Part shown: positions 47,588 through 56,754 of the stretch, in pieces
How the letters are laid out: each line of letters starts with the position of its first letter
How positions within the stretch are numbered: position 1 is the first letter of the stretch
The notes under the pieces: generated by a model
Database searches by the model: none
The model's input: the letters and a program-made list of their open reading frames with translations, nothing else
What the model was told of the DNA's origin: nothing
NCBI GenBank assembly: GCA_964435435.1
Contig: CAYSZJ010000002.1
Coordinates: 7,468 to 71,467, forward strand
DNA length: 64,000 bases
Source: an uncultured archaeon
Lineage (GTDB): Archaea > Asgardarchaeota > Lokiarchaeia > Sigyniarchaeales > SOKP01
Reading direction: 5' to 3'
Position numbers and translations under genes: made by a program

Positions 47588-49627
47588 TTAAGGTTTTATA
47601 GATGAGGAGGGAGTTGGAACACGTTTTATTTCTTCTTCAACAAGTTCATGAACAACTAAAACAGGTTCAACCTCATAACTACAGATTCCTTTGATTTCTT
47701 CAATGAGTTGTTTATTTCTATAATATTTTAATTCGATTGCTCTAGCAGGACAAGAAGAAATACATACTCCGCAACCTTTACATTTCAAATCGTCAACAAT
47801 AGCTACAGCTTCAGAATTAACTTTTATCGCTTTATAATTACAAAGTTTCTCACATCTATGACAGCCCATACAAAGATCTTCATTTACTTCTGCAATTATT
47901 AATTCTTGGCTTATATTATCATCAGAAAATAGAGTTGCTACTTTGCTTGCTGCTGCTAAAGCTGTCGATACTGAATATGGTATATTTTTCGGACCAGAAG
48001 CACATCCACATATATAAATTCCTGTATTCATTGTTTCTTGAGGCTTTAGGCATCCATGAACCTCGTTTAAAAATCCACTTGGCCCCTTTTTAAGACCTAT
48101 ATTCTTAATGATTTCTTCTGTTCCTTTAGACACAACCATACCTGTTGACAATACGACTAAATCGGCATTAACATCTAATATATCACCAGTTAAAGATGAA
48201 CAAGCGTGTACTCTTAAGTTTTTAGTTATAGAATCTTCGGTGATTTTACCTACTTTTCCGCGAATCATAAGAACACCCGATTCTCGTACTTTTCGATAAT
48301 ATTCCTCACTTCTTTTGTCTGTTGTTCGAATATCGATATAGAAAATAACAACATTAGTGTTTGGATACTCTTGTTTTAATAATTGAGCATTCTTTAGAGC
48401 AACACTACAACAAACACCTGAGCAATAAGTATTAGCTCTTAAAGATCTTGATCCGACACATTGGATCATTACAATCGTCTTAGGCGTCTTACCATCAGTA
48501 ATTCTACATAAGTGTCCCTCAGTTGGTCCAATTGGACTAAGCATTCTTTCCAATTCTATTTGAGTGATTATATTAGGATAATATCCATAATTATATTCAT
48601 TAGTTTCCCAAATCGGATATTCATCCCATCCAGTAGCTATAATTACTGCTCCAACTTTAATATCGATATATTCTGTTTCTTGCTCAAAATCAATAGCTTC
48701 AGCAGGACAAATTCTCTGACATGATTTACAATTAATACAGACATTTTTATCTATAACAGCAAGTTTAGGGACCGCTTGAGGGAAAGGAACATATATTGCA
48801 CTCCTTTCTCCTATACATCGGTTGAATTCATTAGGAATTTTTATAGGACATTTAGTAGTACATAACTCACATCCTGCACATTTATTTTCATCAATATAAC
48901 GAGGATTTTTACGAATTTTGACACTAAAATTTCCAGGAATTCCACTAAATTCAACAACTTCACTATAAGTCAGCAATGTTATATTTGGGTGTTTTGATGT
49001 ATTCACCATAATTGGGGCTAATACTCATATACCACAATCGTCTGTAGGAAAAATTCTATCTAGTTGTGCCATTTTTCCTCCAATAGTTGGTTCTTTTTCA
49101 ACTAAGTAAATTTTAAATCCTTGATGGGCTAAATCTAACGCTGCATTCATTCCAGCAATTCCAGCGCCAATTATTAACACATTCTTTTCTATTGGGATTT
49201 TTTTATAGTGTATCATTTCTAATTCTCGTGCACGATTTATACCTGCTTGAACTAATCTTTTTGCTTTTTCTGTAGCTCTTTTTTTATCCTTTGCATGAAC
49301 GAATGAACATTGTTCACGCAAATTAACCATTTGGAAGTAATATGGACTTAATCCTGCTTCAACTAGAACAGCTCTATATGTTGATTCATGTATTTTTGGT
49401 GTGCAAGCTGCAACTACAATTCTATTTAAATCTTGCTCTAAGATGTCATCTTTAATAATCTTTTGCCCAGGATCGCTGCATGTAAAATTATTACATTTAG
49501 CAATCATTACATTTGGTAATGTTTCTACAAAATCTCTTACTGCGTCGCAATCAATAGTAGCTCCAATATTGACTCCTCATCTACATATATAAACTCCGAT
49601 TCGAATTTTGGTCTGTTTTTCAGACAT
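47588..49627 (-). CDS. hdrA: heterodisulfide reductase subunit A with two in-frame UGA (selenocysteine) codons
   Basis: ATG 49627, with AAGGGTG upstream. MSEKQTKIRIGVYICR-TGA(49577-49579)-GVNIGATIDCD.. runs into the 160-aa ORF. ..DRIFPTDDCGI-TGA(49025-49027)-VLAPIMV runs into the 473-aa ORF. All three parts share one frame, and both UGAs align with Cys in the two paralogues. Confidence 0.85.
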
Positions 49628-50009
49628 ATAATACACCCTTGTTAAACGTCACCAAATTTTTATTATTTCAATATATAATTTTTTTATTTTTGATGCATAA
49701 CCAATAATTATTACAAGCGCTTTTACCCCATGTAAATGGCAATATAATTAAAATTTAAAGAATCTGATAAGAAAAATAATAGTAAATTTGATAATTTTTA
49801 TTGTCAAAATGTTTTTTTTAAAACAAGTTTTTTATTCATTTCAAAAATCAGGTGATCAATTCTAATACATAACTTTATATGATCTGACAATAATATTTAT
49901 CATGAAGATCATAAAATTTGTTAATTTAGTCATTTAATTTTTATTTTTGATTAAAGCTAAGATTTATTAAAATTATAAATTTTTAAAGAAAGATGAGGTT
50001 AGCTAAAAG

Positions 50010-52559
50010 TTGGACGTATATTCTATTTTGTCTCACCCCTTTAGAAGGAAGATTTTGTTGCTTTTAGAAAAAGCAGGCTATATTCCGTATACAGAATTAA
50101 TGGAAAAACTTGGTTTAGAAACAACTGGACAATTAAATTTTCATCTCAAAAAAATTGGTTCCCTTATTGATAAAGACAAAAAATCTTATTTTCTTACGGA
50201 AGATGGAAAACGTATACTTAAAATACTCAACCTTAATAAAAGAATTCTTTCTGGAGAAGATATTGATGACTATTTAGAATCGAAGGGGAGCGAAATAAGC
50301 AGAATAGGAGTTATAATTTGCAATTGCAATACAGAAATTTCGAGAGTAATTAATATTATATCTCTCGAAAATTATGTAAAAAAATTAAAAAATGTTGTTT
50401 CAATTAGAGTTTTCGAAAATTTATGTCAACAAAAAAATTTTACTAAAATTACAAATTGGGTTAAAGATAATTTTTTGAATAAAATTGTGATAGCAGGATG
50501 TTCTCCTAGAACGCATCAACTTCTGTTTGAACGAATTTTTGATGAGGTTATTGATCGACCAAATATAGAAATAGCAAATATTAGAGAACAATGTTGTTGG
50601 GTACATGAATTTAAAGAAAAAAATATTGAGCCCTTAATTTCTTTAGAAAAAGCTAAACTATTGATTGAAGCTGCTGTTGAGCGGGTAAACCTACAAAAGA
50701 AAGTAAAAATTAAGAGAGTTGAAGTAGAAAAGAGCTGTGCTATCTTAGGTGGGGGAATCTCAGGTATGACACTTGCTTTAAATTTGGCTCGAGCAGATAT
50801 TAAAGTGTATCTCATCGAAAAATCACCCACATTAGGAGGTAAGGTTGCTAGATGGCATCGTGTCCATCAAATGGGTGATTGTTCTATTTGTTTTATTTCG
50901 GAATTAATAAGTGAATTAGTGAAAGAAAAAAATATTGAAATCCTTACAAGCACCGAAGTTGAAAATGTATCAGGAGAGGTTGGTGAATTTAGTATTGATT
51001 TGATAAAGAAACCTCGGTTTGTAGATACTAAAAAATGTACTGGGTGTAAACAATGTATAGATGTATGTAGCATTGAAAAGTCAAATGAGTATGAGTGTGG
51101 GTTAACAAGTAGAAAAGTTATATATATTCCATTTATTCATTGCTATCCTTATGTCCCTTTAATTGATGAAGAAGATATAAAAAATTGTCTTAATTGTAGA
51201 ATTTGCGAACGGGCATGTGTCAATAAGGCAATAGATTTAACTCAAAAACATGAAAAAATTAAAGTTAAAGTCGGTGCAAAAGTTATTGCTATTGGTTCTG
51301 ATTTATATGATCATTTAGAGTCTTATCATTATAATCCATACAAAAATATTATAACTTCAGCTGAGTTTGAGCGGATATTATCTTCTGATGGGATTACTGA
51401 AGGAAAACTTCTTAGATTGTCTGATAAAAAGCCCATAAATTCGGTTTCTATTCTCCAAGAGATTGGTCCATCAAAATATCTTGCTGATTACTCTGAAATT
51501 TTGGCTGAAAAATATATTGAAGATATTAAAATAAAAAACCCTGATTGCGAAGTCAATATTTTTTACGATTTAGGTAAATTAAAAGAAAGGGATAAAGTTT
51601 TATTAAGATCAACTAACCCTGCATTTATATACGCAGATAAAATTACTATTGAATCTAATAAAGATGTGAATTATGTCATCGCTGATAGTATCGAATTTCC
51701 AAGTGATTTAATCGTATTAAATCTAAAATTTATCCCAAATAAAGATTTGAAAAGACTTCGAAAAGTTATGGATTTTACATTAGATGATAATGGATTTATG
51801 AGTGAAGAAACTCTAGCGTCTGGTATTTATGGTGTTGGAACGATTTTCGGTCCATTGGATTATAATTCCACTATTTCAACCGTTAATAATGTTGCATTAA
51901 AAATCATCTCATTACTCTTCCAAGATTATCTAATTGCAGAATTTACTGGCATAGAACTTGATGAAAGTAAATGTGGTCTATGCGGATTATGCTCACAAAT
52001 CTGCCCTTATAATGCTATTACACTAGAGTCTGAAAAAGTATGTATCGATAAATTTAAATGCAAGGGATGTGGGACTTGTGTTAGTATCTGTCCAACAAAT
52101 GCCATAGATCTCAATTTAGATACATCAGAAAAGATTCTTAAAACAATTGAAGTTTTTTCAAAATTTAATAGAAATCCAAAAATAATTGCTTTTTGTTGTC
52201 GTTCTTGTGGTTATGCTGCTGCTGATAATGCTGGTTTAAAAAAGATTTCATATTATCCTAATATTTTTATCATTCGAGTTCCTTGTACAGGAAGGATTGA
52301 CACTAATTTCATTATTAAATCATTTGAAATGGGATTTGATGGAGTAATGATAATTGGTTGCAGAAAAGAAGCATGCAGATATATTGATGGAATAGAAAAA
52401 ATCGAAAATAAAATTAAAATATTAAAAAATTTATTAGGAGTAAATTTTAGCAAACGAATTATTCTTGAACATATGAATGCTGTGGAGGGTAATAAGTTTG
52501 CTGAAATCGTAAATAGTTTTTATTTAGAATTATCAGAGGAGATTAAATTTGAAGTCTAA
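50010..52559 (+). CDS. ArsR-type wHTH - HdrA - MvhD triple fusion
   Basis: 849-aa ORF. N-terminus ILSHPFRRKILLLLEKAGYIPYTELMEKLGLETTGQLNFHLKKI. HdrA part IGVIICNCNTE, IAGCSPRTH, NIREQCCWVH, ILGGGISGMTLA, GDCSICF, CTGCKQCIDVC. C-terminus IIAFCCRSCGYAAADNAG..VPCTGRI..GVMIIGCRKEACRY (MvhD). Confidence 0.8.
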   Translation: MDVYSILSHPFRRKILLLLEKAGYIPYTELMEKLGLETTGQLNFHLKKIGSLIDKDKKSYFLTEDGKRILKILNLNKRILSGEDIDDYLESKGSEISRIGVIICNCNTEISRVINIISLENYVKKLKNVVSIRVFENLCQQKNFTKITNWVKDNFLNKIVIAGCSPRTHQLLFERIFDEVIDRPNIEIANIREQCCWVHEFKEKNIEPLISLEKAKLLIEAAVERVNLQKKVKIKRVEVEKSCAILGGGISGMTLALNLARADIKVYLIEKSPTLGGKVARWHRVHQMGDCSICFISELISELVKEKNIEILTSTEVENVSGEVGEFSIDLIKKPRFVDTKKCTGCKQCIDVCSIEKSNEYECGLTSRKVIYIPFIHCYPYVPLIDEEDIKNCLNCRICERACVNKAIDLTQKHEKIKVKVGAKVIAIGSDLYDHLESYHYNPYKNIITSAEFERILSSDGITEGKLLRLSDKKPINSVSILQEIGPSKYLADYSEILAEKYIEDIKIKNPDCEVNIFYDLGKLKERDKVLLRSTNPAFIYADKITIESNKDVNYVIADSIEFPSDLIVLNLKFIPNKDLKRLRKVMDFTLDDNGFMSEETLASGIYGVGTIFGPLDYNSTISTVNNVALKIISLLFQDYLIAEFTGIELDESKCGLCGLCSQICPYNAITLESEKVCIDKFKCKGCGTCVSICPTNAIDLNLDTSEKILKTIEVFSKFNRNPKIIAFCCRSCGYAAADNAGLKKISYYPNIFIIRVPCTGRIDTNFIIKSFEMGFDGVMIIGCRKEACRYIDGIEKIENKIKILKNLLGVNFSKRIILEHMNAVEGNKFAEIVNSFYLELSEEIKFEV

Positions 52560-53307
52560 AATTATTATAACCTCTCTAACATCATGCAGTGGTTGCATCT
52601 CAACTTTAATTTCATTAGACATATTTCCTCAATTCCTTGAACGAACAAGGATAATACATTTTCCATTTATTTCGGATGCTGAAAAAATCGAAGATTGTGA
52701 TATTGCATTGGTAGAAGGATGTATTTCTAATGAAAAAGAAATTCCACTTCTTAAAAGTATCCGAAAAAATGCTAAAAAGGTTTATGCAATAGGTTCTTGT
52801 GCAGCATTCGGAGGGATTCTAAGCCTTTCAAATTCAATTATCGCAGAACCAATCTCTAATTATATTGAAATCGAGGGAATAATTCCTGGATGTGCTCCAC
52901 CAACAAAACTATTTGGAAATTTTCTAATTAGATTAATTGAAAACAAAGAATTTAAATTGTCTGAAAAAAATATGTGTGCTGGTTGCCCATTAAGAGAAGA
53001 TATTGAAATTAATTTTACTAATGAAATAAATAAAATTAACCCAAATTTTGAGGAAATTAATCTTGATGATGAGAACTCCAAATGCTTTTTAAAAAGAGGA
53101 ATCTTATGTTTAGGCCCAATAACTCGTGATGGATGTGAATATAAATGTATAGAATATGGAATTCCATGTGAAGGTTGTATGGGACCTGTTTCAAAAGGTT
53201 TTACGTCGAATATTATTAATCTTTTAAGTTTAATTAATTTTTCTGAGGATTTAAAAAATTATGGAGGTTTATTTTATCGTTTTTCAAGACCAAAGATAAA
53301 ATGGTGA
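52549..53307 (+). CDS. mvhG: [NiFe]-hydrogenase small subunit, MvhG-like (group 3)
   Basis: SLTSCSGCIST, GSCAAFGGI, PGCAPP and the distal cluster region CAGCPL..CLGPITRDGCEYKCIEYGIPCEGCMGP. TTG start 6 nt after GAGGAG, overlapping the upstream gene by 11 nt. Confidence 0.85.
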   Translation: MKSKIIITSLTSCSGCISTLISLDIFPQFLERTRIIHFPFISDAEKIEDCDIALVEGCISNEKEIPLLKSIRKNAKKVYAIGSCAAFGGILSLSNSIIAEPISNYIEIEGIIPGCAPPTKLFGNFLIRLIENKEFKLSEKNMCAGCPLREDIEINFTNEINKINPNFEEINLDDENSKCFLKRGILCLGPITRDGCEYKCIEYGIPCEGCMGPVSKGFTSNIINLLSLINFSEDLKNYGGLFYRFSRPKIKW

Positions 53308-53314
53308 TGCTTTA

Positions 53315-54616
53315 TTGTTGAAAACTGTTGATGTTTGTACCCGTGTTGAGGGACATGGAAATGTAAACATATTAATTCAGGATGACAATGTTTCAAATGT
53401 TGACTTTGAAATTTCAGCATATCGCGGATTTGAAAAATTTTTAATTAGTAAAAGATTAGGCGATATGCCTAAATTAATTTCTCGAATATGTGGTTTATGT
53501 TATGCATCGCAAGCAATCGCTAGTTGTAAAGCAATCGAAAACTTATACGATGTAGAAATTATAGAACAATCAATTCTTTTAAGACGACTATTGCTATGTG
53601 GAGAATTAATTAAATCGCATTGTATGCATTTTTTCTTCCAGTCATTACCAGATCTCTTAACAATTTTTAATATAAGCCAAAAACCACTTTCTCTATATGA
53701 ATTAATTAATTTCAATCCACAGTTAACAACAAACCTGTATGAACTAATTAAATTTGGAAATGAGATTGAAATTTTATTTGGTGGGAGATCTGCACATTTG
53801 ATTTCTCCGATTCCAGGTGGATTAATTTATTCACCTTCTCGAAAGAATATTACTATAGCTCAAAAATATATGCAAAAAGCTTCAAATAATTTAGAAATGA
53901 TTATTGAAACTTTTATTGAGTATTTTTCTAATAAAATTCCACCAGAAGAATTTTCACTTCCAAATCCAATTTATATTGGAATAAATAATCTGGGAAATTA
54001 TGATAGATATTCGGGTATTTTTAAGATCATAGAATCGGAAAGAAAAGCAATTGATTTCCAAGAAAAATCTTATTCTCTTTATTTTGATAAGGATATTGAT
54101 TTACGTGGAATAGATTTTCATTTTGATAAAAATAATGTATTAACTGGTCCAATAGCTAGGTTTAAAATCATTGAAACCTATGGAAATGATAAAGTTTCCA
54201 CATATCTTGAAAATTTTGATAAATCTTGGACTAATAATATTCTATTTTCTGAGTTTCTTAAGTTATTAGAAATGTTCGTTGAAACTGAACAAGCGTTAAA
54301 CATTTTAGATACTCCTTCTTTATCCATAAAGCAGAAACTTCCTACTCTAAGATCCATAAAAAATTCAGAAGGTATTGGATTTGTTGAGGCTCCAAGAGGA
54401 ATACTTATGCATCATTATTATATTGATAAGAACGACTTAATTATTAAATTGAAGCTTTTTATTGCGACTGAAATAAATATTCCGCTTATTAATGAAATGA
54501 TTACGAAATATGCCCAAAAATTATATGAAAAAACAGGCGATTTAAATTTAATTAAAAAACAAGTTCAAATGATTATCAGAGCTTTTGATCCTTGTATATC
54601 ATGTGCTACACATTAA
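53315..54616 (+). CDS. mvhA: [NiFe]-hydrogenase large subunit, MvhA-like (group 3)
   Basis: TRVEGHG, RICGLCYASQ (N-terminal Ni-binding motif) and C-terminal DPCISCATH, followed directly by a stop. Confidence 0.85.
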   Translation: MLKTVDVCTRVEGHGNVNILIQDDNVSNVDFEISAYRGFEKFLISKRLGDMPKLISRICGLCYASQAIASCKAIENLYDVEIIEQSILLRRLLLCGELIKSHCMHFFFQSLPDLLTIFNISQKPLSLYELINFNPQLTTNLYELIKFGNEIEILFGGRSAHLISPIPGGLIYSPSRKNITIAQKYMQKASNNLEMIIETFIEYFSNKIPPEEFSLPNPIYIGINNLGNYDRYSGIFKIIESERKAIDFQEKSYSLYFDKDIDLRGIDFHFDKNNVLTGPIARFKIIETYGNDKVSTYLENFDKSWTNNILFSEFLKLLEMFVETEQALNILDTPSLSIKQKLPTLRSIKNSEGIGFVEAPRGILMHHYYIDKNDLIIKLKLFIATEINIPLINEMITKYAQKLYEKTGDLNLIKKQVQMIIRAFDPCISCATH

Positions 54617-54705
54617 TATAGGTGATATATTGGATCAAATAACATAAAATTTTAGAATGTTTCTAATTCAAATTGAATATTGAATTTGTTGCTATTCAAA
54701 TATAA

Positions 54706-54730
54706 ATATATGCAAAAAGATCATTTATAT
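54706..54730. repeat. 25-nt motif ATATATGCAAAAAGATCATTTATAT, inverted partner at 56647-56671
   Basis: Its reverse complement matches 56647-56671 at 24 of 25 positions. It lies 91 nt upstream of ATG 54821. A 15-nt direct repeat AAATTGAATATTGAA also occurs at 54670-54684 and 56703-56717. Confidence 0.7.
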
Positions 54731-54820
54731 GTTTTTATTTATATATTATATATGTAATTTTAAATGTATTTTAATTAAAACATATAATATTATAAAAATT
54801 CTAAATACAAGATTTGAAAA

Positions 54821-56257
54821 ATGACAACTAGAAAGATATTAAGTGATTATTTTCAATGTGATATTTCAGAATTTGGATTCCAAGACTTATATGATTTAGT
54901 CATAAGTAAAAATATTTGCGTTCTTTGTGGAACTTGTATGTTAATTTGTCCCCGCATTGGTATGACTAAGAATCAACCTTCACTTTTGGATTATGATCCA
55001 GAATGTTCCTTATGTTTCAAATACTGTGCAAAAACATACTTTCCAGAGAAATTCTTTGAGAAGGAAATTTTTAATAATCAAATCCCAAAAGATCCCTTAA
55101 TAGGATATTATCAAAAAACTACTGTGGCTAAAAGTACTGATGATATTATTTTAAAACAAGCTCAAAATGGTGGAATAGTTACTACTTTACTTATTCACGC
55201 TCTGAATAATAAATTAATTGATGGAGTTCTACTTACAGGTAGAGATGAAAATTGGATTCCAAAACCGATTATTGCTAGAACTCCAAAAGAAATTTTAGAT
55301 GCAACAGGATCGATATATGCTTTATCTCCTAGTCTAATAACTTATAAAGATGCTGTGTATAAATATAAATTAAAACGGCTTGCATTTGTTGGTATGCCAT
55401 GCCAAATTCAAGCAGTAAGAAAACTTCAGTTTTTTCCTCCCCTCTCAGATAAATTTGGAAAATTTACACTTATAATTGGTCTTTTTTGTACTTCAAATTA
55501 TTCTTATGATTCAATGAAAGAAATTATTCAGAAAGAAATAAAAGTGCCTATAACTAAGGTAAAGAAACTTGATATAGCACAGGGTAAATTTATTGTTTAC
55601 ACAAAAGATGGACTGGTTAAAGAAATTCCCTTAAAAAAAGTTAAAAAATATAATTGGCCTAGTTGCCAATTCTGTAAAGATTATACTGCTGAATTTTCAG
55701 ACATATCTGTAGGAAGTGTTGGCGCTCCTGAAAATGGCTGGAATAGTGTAATTATTCGTTCTGATGTTGGTAGGAAAATATTTAATGATACTTTAGCTTC
55801 TAAGAAAATTAAAGTTGACGATCAAATAGATCTTGAAAAAATTAAGAATGATTCTTTAAGGAAGAAATCAAAAGTAATACAGATTGATGAAAAAATCTTA
55901 TCAGCAATGCGTTTATTTAATGTTTCTAAACTTGAGGGAAAAACTTTTACAACTCTTCTTTCTTTGGAGCATGCTGATTTGTCTATGTTGAGTGCAGTGA
56001 TGAACAGAGAACAACATGAGATTGTTAATGCTCTTGAAATGTTACAAAAGAGAAATTGGATATTTTCAACTAATGAATTTTATAAGCCATATAATCCAGT
56101 CAAGATATTTAAAGAAGAAATATACCAGTTAAAGAAAAGGCTTTATAATGACATAGATAATTTTAAATCAGAGGCATTAAAAGAGTTAAAAACAATTTAT
56201 TTCCAAAATAATCTCAAAGATGTAAAAGATATGGAATTTATTGATATTTTATTCTAA
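54821..56257 (+). CDS. FrhB/FdhB-family protein with a C-terminal TrmB-like wHTH and coiled-coil extension
   Basis: CVLCGTCMLICP, AQNGGIVTTLL, VGMPCQIQA and SDISVGSVGAP. The C-terminal roughly 130 aa include MRLFNVSKLEGKTFTTLLSLEHADLSMLSAVMNREQHEIVNALEMLQKRNWI. Confidence 0.75.
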   Translation: MTTRKILSDYFQCDISEFGFQDLYDLVISKNICVLCGTCMLICPRIGMTKNQPSLLDYDPECSLCFKYCAKTYFPEKFFEKEIFNNQIPKDPLIGYYQKTTVAKSTDDIILKQAQNGGIVTTLLIHALNNKLIDGVLLTGRDENWIPKPIIARTPKEILDATGSIYALSPSLITYKDAVYKYKLKRLAFVGMPCQIQAVRKLQFFPPLSDKFGKFTLIIGLFCTSNYSYDSMKEIIQKEIKVPITKVKKLDIAQGKFIVYTKDGLVKEIPLKKVKKYNWPSCQFCKDYTAEFSDISVGSVGAPENGWNSVIIRSDVGRKIFNDTLASKKIKVDDQIDLEKIKNDSLRKKSKVIQIDEKILSAMRLFNVSKLEGKTFTTLLSLEHADLSMLSAVMNREQHEIVNALEMLQKRNWIFSTNEFYKPYNPVKIFKEEIYQLKKRLYNDIDNFKSEALKELKTIYFQNNLKDVKDMEFIDILF

Positions 56258-56369
56258 ACGATGAAAATAATTCAAATAAATTATGAGTGAGACTCCGAAT
56301 AACTAAATAATTATAAAAATTAACCTATTAACTTCTTTTTAACATCAATAATTTTTATTAATCAACTAA

Positions 56370-56555
56370 AAAAGAGAATAAATCCTCAATTAATTATTCC
56401 ATCCATTAAAAAAAACATTACCTATTTCAAGAAGGGACATTTGTAAAGAATATTTCCAATTAATCTCCTTAGTTATTAAAAATATTGTTATAAAAATGAG
56501 ATAAAAAGTATTGTTAATAAACTAAAAACAATCATTAGTGTCTTTCATTGTCATT
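56370..56555 (-). pseudogene. orphan, decayed 3'-terminal fragment of a feoB gene
   Basis: Roughly three-quarters nucleotide identity by eye to the 3' end of intact feoB (59013-59196). The minus strand reads ..LMIVFSLLTILFISFL* and, after a frame change, ITIFLITKEINWKYSLQMSLLEIGNVFFNGWNN*. Intact feoB reads QMIVFSLVTMLYIPCFATIVLIAKETNWKYALQIAILEIGMALLIGGIINW. Confidence 0.7.
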
Positions 56556-56646
56556 TTTTAACATTCATTTGTCTTATTCTTTATAGTCTTATCAGTTTTA
56601 ATCATAATATTATTGAATATAGTATAAAATATATACGAATATAAAT

Positions 56647-56671
56647 ATATAAATGATCTATTTGCATATAT
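56647..56671. repeat. 25-nt motif ATATAAATGATCTATTTGCATATAT, inverted partner of 54706-54730
   Basis: It lies 84 nt upstream of ATG 56755. See 54706-54730. Confidence 0.7.
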
Positions 56672-56754
56672 TATCATAGGGAAAACAACATATAAAATAT
56701 TAAAATTGAATATTGAAACCTAAAACTTGGTGATTTATAATAAAATATAATTTT

